A stretch of DNA of 64,000 nucleotides, taken from the NCBI GenBank assembly GCA_943354905.1, contig CALRDL010000002.1:6478-70477 (forward strand). Direction: 5' to 3'. Shown piece after piece: positions 46,872 to 55,909 of this stretch (within the stretch, counting starts at the first letter, position 1; each line of letters begins with the position of its first letter). The stretch comes from Candidatus Nomurabacteria bacterium (GTDB taxonomy: Bacteria; Patescibacteriota; Minisyncoccia; Phycocordibacterales; UBA9973). The notes under the pieces were generated by a model. That model was not told the origin of the DNA. It made no database searches and saw nothing but the letters and a program-made list of their open reading frames with translations. The position numbers and the translations under genes were made by a program.

Positions 46872-49226
46872 ATGAACCACACACAAACATATAGAATAAA
46901 AGGAATGCACTGTGCCTCGTGTGCTGGGATTATTGAGAAAACTTTCAAAAAAATGGATGGTGTTGATTTGGCTGAAGTAAACTACGGAACTGAAACTGCG
47001 AAGGTTGCTTTTGATCCGTCAAAGACAAATCCTCACCATCTCTCGGAGAATATAGAAAAGCTTGGCTACTCTCTTGATATACCAGAAACAGCTGAAGCTA
47101 TGGGTATGTCTGAAAATGAGCATGCTACTCATTTAGGTTTGAACCAATCAAAAAAAGAGAAATTAGCTGAAGTCGCAGACATGCGATCAAAAGTTTTGTC
47201 TGCAATTCCGCTAGCCATCTTTAGTATTTTTGTTATGGGATGGGATATTTTTGCTCAATACGGAATAGTCTCGAAAATGAGTGTGACAATATATGAATTC
47301 GTACACCATATTCTTCCAATTTTTGCTACCTATGTACTCTTTGTGGTCGGAAAACCATATCTCCTTGGTTTTTATAGATTTTTGCGTTACGGCAAAGCCA
47401 ATATGGATACGCTTATCGGTATTGGTACTGTCTCGGCTTTTTTATACAGCTTTGCTGTTACGGCTTTTGAAGATGTTTTGAAGCCGTTTATAAATGTTGA
47501 TCACACTTACTATGATGTAACGATTGTCGTCATTACTTTTATCGCACTCGGAAAATATTTAGAAGCAAGGTCTAAAATAAAGACGGGAGATGCTATTGAA
47601 AAACTTCTCAATCTTCAGGCAAAAACCGCAATGGTTATTCGAGATGGAAAAGAAATGGAAATTTCAGTTGATCAAGTAGTTCACGGTGATTTAATTATTA
47701 TAAAACCCGGAGCTAAAATTCCGGTTGATGGTGTGATAACCGAGGGTATGTCTTATATCGATGAGTCGATGGTTACAGGAGAACCTATGCCTACTCAGAA
47801 AAAAGTTGGCGATAATGTTGTGTCAGGCACATTGAATACCAGCGGATCATTCACCTTTAAAGCTACTAAAGTGGGATCGGAAACCTTGCTTGCTCAGATT
47901 ATAAAAATGGTAGAGGAGGCACAAGGGAGCAAAGCACCAATCCAAGCTCTTGCGGATAAAATCTCAAGCGTTTTTGTGCCTGTTGTAATTGTTCTCTCAT
48001 TCTTGACTTTGGGATCATGGCTTTTGTTTGGAACTGGTCCTTTAGGATTTTCGCAAGCATTATCATTTGGGCTCGTTTCTTTTGTTGGAATTTTAGTCAT
48101 TGCTTGTCCTTGTGCGCTTGGTCTTGCAACGCCAACCGCTATTATTGTCGGAGTGGGTAAAGGAGCAAAAGAGGGTATTCTCGTAAAAGATGCGGCAACT
48201 CTCGAGAAGCTCCACAAAGTAGATATTGTCATTGTTGATAAAACAGGAACGATTACTATTGGAAAGCCGACACTTGTCAATATAGTTTTGGCTCCTCAAG
48301 GTCAAACCTTAGGAATTCAAAAAGGTTCGACCTTTTCCCACCAAGAGGTGGAATTTATATCCATACTCGCTTCTCTTGAGAAAAAATCTGAACATCCTAT
48401 TGCTCATGCGATTGTGAATTATGTCGAAGATCCTGTAAGGGCACAGGAAAAAAATATCTCAATATCAGATGTTTCAAACTTTGAAAGCATTCAAGGTAAG
48501 GGTCTTAAGGGAATAATTGACGGCACAGAATATTTTGTCGGAAATGCAAAACTGATACAAGGCCTTGGTGTATCATTTGATGCATCAAAAATGGAGCAAT
48601 ATACTTCGGAAGGCAAGACTCCTGTTATTCTCACAACCAAAGAAAGAGTTCTAGGATTTGTTATGGTTTCTGATGAGGTAAAAGTTGCATCAAAGCAGGC
48701 TATTACTGATCTCCACAAGCTCGGTATCAAAGTGATTATGCTTACAGGTGATGATGAAAAGGCAGCCAAGCACATTGCATCGCTTGTCGGTATTGATGAA
48801 GTAGTTGCGCATGTTTTACCACAAGACAAGCTCGCAAAAATTAAAGAGCTTCAGTCACAAGGGAAGATTGTCGCTATGGCAGGGGATGGTGTGAACGATG
48901 CACCTGCTTTGGCCCAAGCCGACGTAGGTATCGCTATGGGGACTGGAACGGATGTGGCGATTGAGTCGGCAGGAATTACACTACTCGGCGGAGATATTTC
49001 CAAACTTGTGAAAGCAATAAAACTTTCAAAAATGACTATGCGAGGTATTAAACAAAATCTTTTCTGGGCATTTATTTACAACATCGTGGGCATTCCACTT
49101 GCAGCTGGAGTTTTCTATCCCGTCTTCGGCTGGCTCCTATCACCTGTATTTGCAGGATTTGCTATGGCGATGTCGTCAGTGTCTGTGGTCGGAAATTCAC
49201 TGCGAATTAAAGGAATGAAATTATAA
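46872..49226 (+). CDS. copA: Cu(I)-translocating P1B-type ATPase
   Basis: GMHCASC, TGE, CPC, DKTGT, SEHP, GDGVNDAP, YN, MAMSS. Confidence 0.96.
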   Translation: MNHTQTYRIKGMHCASCAGIIEKTFKKMDGVDLAEVNYGTETAKVAFDPSKTNPHHLSENIEKLGYSLDIPETAEAMGMSENEHATHLGLNQSKKEKLAEVADMRSKVLSAIPLAIFSIFVMGWDIFAQYGIVSKMSVTIYEFVHHILPIFATYVLFVVGKPYLLGFYRFLRYGKANMDTLIGIGTVSAFLYSFAVTAFEDVLKPFINVDHTYYDVTIVVITFIALGKYLEARSKIKTGDAIEKLLNLQAKTAMVIRDGKEMEISVDQVVHGDLIIIKPGAKIPVDGVITEGMSYIDESMVTGEPMPTQKKVGDNVVSGTLNTSGSFTFKATKVGSETLLAQIIKMVEEAQGSKAPIQALADKISSVFVPVVIVLSFLTLGSWLLFGTGPLGFSQALSFGLVSFVGILVIACPCALGLATPTAIIVGVGKGAKEGILVKDAATLEKLHKVDIVIVDKTGTITIGKPTLVNIVLAPQGQTLGIQKGSTFSHQEVEFISILASLEKKSEHPIAHAIVNYVEDPVRAQEKNISISDVSNFESIQGKGLKGIIDGTEYFVGNAKLIQGLGVSFDASKMEQYTSEGKTPVILTTKERVLGFVMVSDEVKVASKQAITDLHKLGIKVIMLTGDDEKAAKHIASLVGIDEVVAHVLPQDKLAKIKELQSQGKIVAMAGDGVNDAPALAQADVGIAMGTGTDVAIESAGITLLGGDISKLVKAIKLSKMTMRGIKQNLFWAFIYNIVGIPLAAGVFYPVFGWLLSPVFAGFAMAMSSVSVVGNSLRIKGMKL

Positions 49227-49263
49227 ATGGTCGCATTATTAAATTAATTAATTAAAAAATATT

Positions 49264-49632
49264 ATGAAAAACATTCAGAAAATTATTCTATTTTTCACTT
49301 CTATTGTTCTCCTGCATTTTTTTGCTAACACTTTCGGCTTGTATGAGATGTCCTTTGTTTGGTTCGATAATATTTTGCATATATTAACTGGCATTGGATT
49401 CGGATTAGTGTGGCTGTGGGTTTTCAGAGGCTCATTAAAAGGAGCAATTATCTTTGTTGTTGCACTTGCTATACTCTGGGAACTCCTCGAGTTTGGTTTC
49501 TTGCAATTATTCCCAATCTACGCCTATAAATTAAGTATTTTTTCACCTAATATTGGAGAAGCTTTAGAAGATATCTTTTCTAATATATTCGGTGTAGCCA
49601 TCATGGCAATATATTTAAAATTAAAGGAATGA
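49264..49632 (+). CDS. Membrane protein (VanZ/DUF2238-like)
   Basis: WFDNILH..G, LWELLE; similar motifs to 11680-12105. Confidence 0.65.
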   Translation: MKNIQKIILFFTSIVLLHFFANTFGLYEMSFVWFDNILHILTGIGFGLVWLWVFRGSLKGAIIFVVALAILWELLEFGFLQLFPIYAYKLSIFSPNIGEALEDIFSNIFGVAIMAIYLKLKE

Positions 49633-49679
49633 AATTATAAAGGTCGAATATTATTAAATTAATCAAAAAATAAATTATT

Positions 49680-49901
49680 ATGAAACTTTCAAAAATATTT
49701 CATGTTATAGGTGCTATTGTCGGATGGGTTGGAGTTATTGCTCTTTTGAGCGCTTGGTTTGCAAGTAAAAATGGTTTAGTATTAGGAATGAGTGAGACGC
49801 ATCTTTTTATGGATGCAATAGTTCTTGTGCTTGTTGCTATCTGGCTTCAACTTGGAACAATTCACCACATGATGTTGGAGAAGACTGGGGAGAAAATATA
49901 A
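49680..49901 (+). CDS. 73-aa 2-TM His-containing protein, copy 1
   Basis: MKLSK.FH...TIHHMMLEKTGE.I; paralogues at 51264 and 52840. Confidence 0.8.
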   Translation: MKLSKIFHVIGAIVGWVGVIALLSAWFASKNGLVLGMSETHLFMDAIVLVLVAIWLQLGTIHHMMLEKTGEKI

Positions 49902-49910
49902 CTATCATTT

Positions 49911-50303
49911 ATGATTACTCAAAAACTAAAAACCATATTTTTTATATCAATTCCAATCTTTATTGCTCACGGCATTGAAGAGTATTTTACTGGCTTATAT
50001 AATTTTGATTTTTTCTATCAATCTTTTTCTAATCCAAAATTAGTATTTGTAATTGTTGTTCCTGTCTTAGCAAATATTTTATTAATAGTTTCTTATGTAC
50101 TTGTTAAAAAAAATAAATGGGTGTTTGGTTTATCTTTTTTACTAGGGCTACTCTTTATTTTTGAATTAACTCATATCTATGAAGCTATTATGGTAAGGGG
50201 CTATTATCCTGGATTATATACTGCAATTCCTTTACTAATTGTCGGATTTCTTTTCTGGAAAGAATTATTAAAAAATTATAAAAGTCGAACATTATTAAAA
50301 TAA
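49911..50303 (+). CDS. HXXEE-domain membrane protein
   Basis: AHGIEEY, YYPGLYT. Confidence 0.8.
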   Translation: MITQKLKTIFFISIPIFIAHGIEEYFTGLYNFDFFYQSFSNPKLVFVIVVPVLANILLIVSYVLVKKNKWVFGLSFLLGLLFIFELTHIYEAIMVRGYYPGLYTAIPLLIVGFLFWKELLKNYKSRTLLK

Positions 50304-50314
50304 ATAAAAATAAC

Positions 50315-50938
50315 ATGAATAATAAAATTGTATTTGGAATAGGAGGAGTCGTAGTCGGTTTAGTTTTAGCAGGCATGTTTGGGGGAAGTATGTTTTCTGC
50401 ATTTAACAATGGGAATAATAGAATGATGGGTAACAATCAAAATACAGGAAGTAGTCAAATGATGGGGAGTATAGACAAACATTTCATCGAGCAGATGATT
50501 CCGCACCATGATGGAGCTGTTGCGATGGCAACACTCGCTCTCGAAAAATCAAAGCGTCCCGAAATTAAAACTCTCGCGAACGCAATAATTGAAGCTCAAA
50601 ATAAAGAAATAGTGGATATGCGAAGCTGGTATAAAAATTGGTTTGGTAAAAATGTTCCAAAAGAAAGTACAGGTATGATGGAGGGAGGAATGATGTCCGG
50701 GGGTGGAATGCATATGGGAGGAGATGAAGATATTAAGGCTCTAAAAAATGCGATAGATTTTGACAAGGCATTTCTTGAGGGGATGATCCCACATCATCAG
50801 TTAGCTATAATGATGGCACAGATGTTGAAGTCAGGAACTGATAGACCAGAGATGCTGACACTTGCGGATAATATCATCGAATCACAATCTAAAGAGATAA
50901 AACAAATGCAAGGTTGGTATAGTAATTGGTATAAATAA
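50315..50938 (+). CDS. DUF305 (CopM-like) Met/His-rich copper-binding protein
   Basis: Two MIPHH..A..MA repeats; N-terminal anchor. Confidence 0.88.
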   Translation: MNNKIVFGIGGVVVGLVLAGMFGGSMFSAFNNGNNRMMGNNQNTGSSQMMGSIDKHFIEQMIPHHDGAVAMATLALEKSKRPEIKTLANAIIEAQNKEIVDMRSWYKNWFGKNVPKESTGMMEGGMMSGGGMHMGGDEDIKALKNAIDFDKAFLEGMIPHHQLAIMMAQMLKSGTDRPEMLTLADNIIESQSKEIKQMQGWYSNWYK

Positions 50939-50988
50939 AATTATAAACATCTGTCGAGATTATTAAAAGTTAATTAAAATAAAAATAT

Positions 50989-51243
50989 ATGCATAATTCA
51001 TCATGTTGTGGGGGAAAAGGAGAAAAAGATAGGTCATGTTGTAATGCAGAAGATAAGTCTTGTTGCGGGGAAGGAAAAACATCTGGAAATATGGTCGTGG
51101 ATGTAGTGTGTGGCATGGAAGTTGATCCGAAAGAAACCAAGATTCAATTGGAGTACAAAAATAAAGTATATTACTTCTGTAACGTTGATTGCAAAAGTAA
51201 ATTTGAAAACGATCCTGAGAAATACGTTGTTAAAAATAATTAA
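50989..51243 (+). CDS. YHS-domain protein with Cys-Cys repeats
   Basis: DVVCGMEV..YYFC..C..F..DPEKY; three SCC motifs. Confidence 0.85.
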   Translation: MHNSSCCGGKGEKDRSCCNAEDKSCCGEGKTSGNMVVDVVCGMEVDPKETKIQLEYKNKVYYFCNVDCKSKFENDPEKYVVKNN

Positions 51244-51263
51244 TAAATTAATTAAAAAATATT

Positions 51264-51485
51264 ATGAAACTATCAAAATTATTTCACGTTCTAGCTGCTG
51301 TTGCGGGATGGGTTGGAGTTATTATGCTTTTCAGCGCTTGGTCTGCCGGAGAAAATGGTACAGTGTTTGGGTTTACACAAACACATCTTTTTACTGATGC
51401 AGCCATACTTGTTTTGGTTGCTATCTGGATGCAACTTGCTACTACGCATCATATGACGCTTGAGAAGACTGGAGAGAAAATATAA
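51264..51485 (+). CDS. 73-aa 2-TM protein, copy 2
   Basis: Paralogue of 49680-49901. Confidence 0.8.
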   Translation: MKLSKLFHVLAAVAGWVGVIMLFSAWSAGENGTVFGFTQTHLFTDAAILVLVAIWMQLATTHHMTLEKTGEKI

Positions 51486-51510
51486 GATATTAAAAATAAA
51501 CCTTTAATTT

Positions 51511-52818
51511 ATGGATAAATCAAGCAAAAAATATGTAGTTATTATTCTGGGTATTTTCCTCATTGGTTTGAGTATTTTACTATTTGCTCGGCAAGTTGAG
51601 ATTTTATCACTTTTTAAATTCGTGTTCATTCGAGTTTTCGGTCTAGTGATCTCTCTTGGAGCTGCTGGATTCTTTATTTTCTGGATTATTCGCAAATTCC
51701 ATTCGTTGAAGATCGCTGCCATTTTCTCAGTTATTCTTGTTGGAGTTTCTTTCTTTCTTTTTATGCCTTATGCATTTCCGGAGCGACTGCAGTACCCTTT
51801 CTTTTTGAAAACATTCGGACCTTCTGATGGGCCGAGTCTCCCGCTCAAAAACGTGCTGACGTTCTTTTTGAAGCAATCAAATATGGAGCGGGTATCAGAT
51901 ATCGCCCGAGATCCTAATGATCTGCCACCACCAATCACACGTATCTCCCCTGAGCGCGTAAAAATTGAACTAGAAACACAAGAGGTAATCGCTGAAATGG
52001 CAGATGGGGTAAAGTTTAATTATTGGACATTTAATGGCACTGTGCCAGGACCGTTTCTGCGTGTGAGAGAGGGAGACACTGTTGATCTAACTCTTAAAAA
52101 CAGTGCTTCCAGTCTCCATCATCATAATATTGACCTTCATGCCGTTACCGGGCCTGGTGGCGGAGCGGCTGTTACTAATATTGCCCCTGGTGAATCCAAA
52201 ACCTTTACTTTCAAAGCCATAAATCCAGGACTGTACGTCTATCATTGTGCGCATCCAAATGTTGCTACCCATGATGCTCATGGTATGTATGGTCTTATTC
52301 TCGTCGAACCAAAGGAGGGTCTTCCAAAAGTTGATAAGGAATTTTATGTTATGCAAGGTGAATTTTATAGCACTGGTGGATTGGGAAAGAAAGGACTCCA
52401 GATCTTTGACGCTCAAAAGATGCTTGACGGAAAGCCTGAATATGTGGTCTTTAACGGTCGTGTTGGAGGATTAAACAGTAAAATGAAAGCTCAAGTTGGA
52501 GAAAAAATACGAATATTTGTGGGCAACGGAGGTGTGAACTTTATTTCCTCTTTTCATGTGATCGGAGAAATATTTGACACTGTGTATCCCGAAGGATCAA
52601 TGGGCGGAGCGATGTTTAAGAATGTTCAGACTACATTGGTTCCCGCAGGAGGATCAGCAATCGTCGAGTTTGATACCGAAGTACCCGGCAAGTATATACT
52701 AGTAGACCATGCTCTTTCAAGATTAGACCGTGGTGCCTGGGGGGTACTAGAACTTATTGGTGAACCAAGCAAAGATATCTTTGACGGAGTGTTTGATATT
52801 AATAATAAAAGTCATTAA
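51511..52818 (+). CDS. nirK: Copper-containing nitrite reductase, membrane-anchored
   Basis: HNIDLHAV, YHCA..H..HGMYG, SSFHVIGEIFD, LVDH; 3 N-terminal TM helices. Confidence 0.92.
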   Translation: MDKSSKKYVVIILGIFLIGLSILLFARQVEILSLFKFVFIRVFGLVISLGAAGFFIFWIIRKFHSLKIAAIFSVILVGVSFFLFMPYAFPERLQYPFFLKTFGPSDGPSLPLKNVLTFFLKQSNMERVSDIARDPNDLPPPITRISPERVKIELETQEVIAEMADGVKFNYWTFNGTVPGPFLRVREGDTVDLTLKNSASSLHHHNIDLHAVTGPGGGAAVTNIAPGESKTFTFKAINPGLYVYHCAHPNVATHDAHGMYGLILVEPKEGLPKVDKEFYVMQGEFYSTGGLGKKGLQIFDAQKMLDGKPEYVVFNGRVGGLNSKMKAQVGEKIRIFVGNGGVNFISSFHVIGEIFDTVYPEGSMGGAMFKNVQTTLVPAGGSAIVEFDTEVPGKYILVDHALSRLDRGAWGVLELIGEPSKDIFDGVFDINNKSH

Positions 52819-52839
52819 ATTAGTTTATAAAAATATATT

Positions 52840-53061
52840 ATGAAAATATCAAAAATAATGCATGTTGCTAGTGTTATCGTGGGGTTGATCGGAGTGGTTG
52901 TCTTTGTTAGGACACTTGGAGTTCCGTCAGATGGAATGGTTTTTGGAATCGCAAAGTTTGATGCGCTATTTTGTGTAGCAATTCTTTTCCTTATTGCTAT
53001 ATGGGTTCAGATTGGAACAATTCACCACATGATGTTGGAGAAGACTGGGGAAATTATTTAA
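52840..53061 (+). CDS. 73-aa 2-TM protein, copy 3
   Basis: Paralogue of 49680-49901. Confidence 0.8.
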   Translation: MKISKIMHVASVIVGLIGVVVFVRTLGVPSDGMVFGIAKFDALFCVAILFLIAIWVQIGTIHHMMLEKTGEII

Positions 53062-53083
53062 AGGAATGAAATTATAACAATTT

Positions 53084-53491
53084 ATGAAAATTAAAACTAT
53101 TTGTATTTGTGGGTCTATGAAACTTAAAGATAGGATTATAGAAATAGGAGAAAAACTTAAAGTTTTGGGTTATGATGTTTATACTCCAAACATTTCAGAA
53201 ACTAATAATTATTCTGTAATGACAGAAGAAGAACAAAAAATTCATAAGAATAGAATGATTGTCGATCATCTTTATAAAATAAAAAAATCAGATACAATTT
53301 TAGTTATAAACGAAAAACTCAATGACATAGAAGGATATATCGGAGCAAATTCATTTCTTGAAATCGGATTTGCTTTTGCCCTAGAAAAGAAAATATTTTT
53401 GCTTAACAATATTCCTCAACAACCGAATTCAGTTGAGATAAAAGGTATGTTACCAGAGGTTATTAATGGTGACTTATTAAAAATAAAATAA
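53084..53491 (+). CDS. Nucleoside 2-deoxyribosyltransferase-like protein
   Basis: ICGSM, SD.ILV.N, GYIG..SFLEIGFA. Confidence 0.65.
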   Translation: MKIKTICICGSMKLKDRIIEIGEKLKVLGYDVYTPNISETNNYSVMTEEEQKIHKNRMIVDHLYKIKKSDTILVINEKLNDIEGYIGANSFLEIGFAFALEKKIFLLNNIPQQPNSVEIKGMLPEVINGDLLKIK

Positions 53492-53495
53492 ATTT

Positions 53496-54113
53496 ATGAT
53501 TTCGTGGATAATTATTTGGTTAATTTTTTGGGTTAGTGCGCTAGGTTTTACTAGTTATCTTTTTAAAAAGCACAGGATTACTTATTATGAAAAATCTTGG
53601 CAACATACTCTTTTTTTCATAATCCTCTCACTAATCCTTTTTGTTGTTTATCAAAACCAGTTTTCTGTATATTTTACCAGTCTTTCCTTGTGGCATTTAA
53701 TGGCTGTTGTAGCTTTATTTATAATCTGGCTTCTTGTTCCAAATCTTTACAAAAATGATTACTACGCTAAAAAAGAAAGGTTTGGTTATCAGTTACCAAA
53801 GTTTTTTGAAATTCTTTTTCAAGATATTTGTTTCTTAGGCGGGCTACTTACTTTCGGACTTTCTCCCGTTTTTTTTGGTTTAGTATTTTTTGTAGTTCAC
53901 ATACCTGCCGTATTTCTCCTCCCGAAAAAATTTGCTCTTTTTCCAATAATCGGCTCACTCTTTGGTGGAATAATTTTTGCATATTTGCAGTCTCAGGGAA
54001 TTTTAGGATTTTTAGTTGCATTTTTAATACATTTATCATTTTGGAGTTCCTTACATTACGCACTCTCACAATCAAAAAGTGGCTTTTTGGGGATAATGCC
54101 ACTAAAAAGATAA
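53496..54113 (+). CDS. Multi-pass membrane protein
   Basis: Many TM helices, EILFQ and H motifs (CPBP-like, weak). Confidence 0.6.
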   Translation: MISWIIIWLIFWVSALGFTSYLFKKHRITYYEKSWQHTLFFIILSLILFVVYQNQFSVYFTSLSLWHLMAVVALFIIWLLVPNLYKNDYYAKKERFGYQLPKFFEILFQDICFLGGLLTFGLSPVFFGLVFFVVHIPAVFLLPKKFALFPIIGSLFGGIIFAYLQSQGILGFLVAFLIHLSFWSSLHYALSQSKSGFLGIMPLKR

Positions 54114-54205
54114 ATTTTATGAAAAATCAAACACAACAAAACAATAAAAACCAATTAGCGATTTTTGAAAATTTTAAGATATAAAAAAGTAAGAACGAAA
54201 ATTAT

Positions 54206-54941
54206 ATGAAAAAATTAAATTCACAAATTGTCATATATAAAGACCAAAATGGAAATATTAAAATAGATGTGCGTTTTGATGGTGAAAATGTGTGGCTCAC
54301 ACAGGATTTGATGGCAGAGCTTTTTGGAAAGGGAAGATCTACAATCACAGAACATATTCAGAACATATTTAAAGAAGGAGAATTGGATGAAAAACTGGTA
54401 AGTCGGGATTTCCGACATACCACTAAGCATGGGGCAATAAAAGGTAAAACACAAGACTCTTCTATAAAATATTATAATCTTAAAGTTATAATTGCTGTAG
54501 GATATAGAGTTAAATCATCTCAAGGTACGAGATTTAGGCAATGGGCGACAGAAAGATTAGGGGAGTATGTTTTGAAAGGTTTTGTGGTGGATAGCGAACG
54601 ATTGAAAAATCCAGATTTACCTTTTAATTATTTTGAAGAACTTGAAAGAACTGTAGCAGATATACGCACTAGCGAAAAAGTTTTTTATCGTAAAATCACT
54701 GATATTTATGCTACGAGTATTGATTACGATCCGACGAGCGATGCAAGTAAATGAAAGAAATATTTTACAAGATGCAGGAAAGGTATCTCATCAGCTGATG
54801 GTAGAACTTGCTGAAAAGAAGTTTGATGAGTATAAACAAATAGAAGCCAAGCAAGATGTGGATTTTGATGAAGTAATACTTAAAGCGCTTGAGAGCGTAA
54901 AAAAGAAGGATATAAAAGTAGTTAAAGATAAGAAGTTATAA
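54206..54941 (+). pseudogene. RhuM-family protein with internal deletion/frameshift
   Basis: VWLTQ..MAELF, IIAVGYRVKS..GTRFRQWA; stops at 54754, C-terminal piece ILQDAGKVSH in another frame. Confidence 0.8.
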
Positions 54942-54966
54942 ATTATAAATATGGTAAAATAAAATT

Positions 54967-55500
54967 ATGATATATTTCGTACGACATGGAGAAACTGAGT
55001 CAAATATAAGAGGTGTTTTTGCTGGGCAAAAAGACGATTCTATTCTTACTGAAAAAGGAAAAGAACAAGCAAGAATTACAGCTCAAAATATAAAATCTCA
55101 AATTCCAAAAATTGATAGAGTTATCTGTTCACCATTAAAAAGAACAGTTGAGACGGCACAAATAATTGCAAAAGATATTAACTTTGATTTATATAAAATA
55201 GAAATTGATAACCGTATTATTGAACACGACACAGGGAGTATGACTGGGACTCCGTTCGCAGGTGTTTCGTCTTTCGCTTTAACAACTTGTGATGGAGCAG
55301 AAGATAGTGATAAATTTCGTGACAGAGTATTTTCTTTTTTCAAAGATTTATCAGAAAATCCTGAAACTATTTTAGTTGTTAGTCATGGAGCAGTAGGGAG
55401 AATGTTAGAAACTATCAAAAAAAATGGTGATACAAAATTACTCTACGACATTCCTGTTTGGGATAATGCTTCCGTGACTAAAATTGATTGGATTAAATAA
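54967..55500 (+). CDS. Histidine phosphatase family protein
   Basis: RHGET, SPLKR, VSHG, NAS. Confidence 0.9.
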   Translation: MIYFVRHGETESNIRGVFAGQKDDSILTEKGKEQARITAQNIKSQIPKIDRVICSPLKRTVETAQIIAKDINFDLYKIEIDNRIIEHDTGSMTGTPFAGVSSFALTTCDGAEDSDKFRDRVFSFFKDLSENPETILVVSHGAVGRMLETIKKNGDTKLLYDIPVWDNASVTKIDWIK

Positions 55501-55503
55501 TTT

Positions 55504-55875
55504 ATGGACAAAAATCAGTTAGCAATTTTTGAAAATTTTAAGATTAGGCGACATTTTGATGAGAAAGAAGAAAAATGGTATTTTTCTGTGGTGGATATTG
55601 TGGCGGCGTTGACAGATTCTATTAATCCAACAGATTATTTAAAGAAGTTACGAAAGAGAGATTTAGAGGTTGGAACATACATAGGGACAAATTGTCCCCA
55701 TGTAGAAATGCTTACGAAAACTGGAAAATATAGGAAAACATTAGCTGGAAACCCAGAAAATTTACTGCGTATTATTCAAGCTATACCATCTAAAAAAGCC
55801 GAACCTATAAAACTTTGGTTGGCAAAGGAGAATTTTTTATTAGCAAAACAAAAAGAAGAAAGCATCGCGTCTTAA
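55504..55875 (+). CDS. Bro-N domain protein (appears internally deleted)
   Basis: IRR..WYFSVVD, IPSKKAEP.KLWLA. Confidence 0.8.
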   Translation: MDKNQLAIFENFKIRRHFDEKEEKWYFSVVDIVAALTDSINPTDYLKKLRKRDLEVGTYIGTNCPHVEMLTKTGKYRKTLAGNPENLLRIIQAIPSKKAEPIKLWLAKENFLLAKQKEESIAS

Positions 55876-55909
55876 TTGACGATTGCACGATGTGATTTCG
55901 CTAAATCAT

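Noticed and set aside
49205-53077. Integron/attC array or CRISPR array
   Set aside because: No intI or cas genes, no RYYYAAC..GTTRRRY hairpins, and the repeats are separated by whole genes rather than uniform spacers
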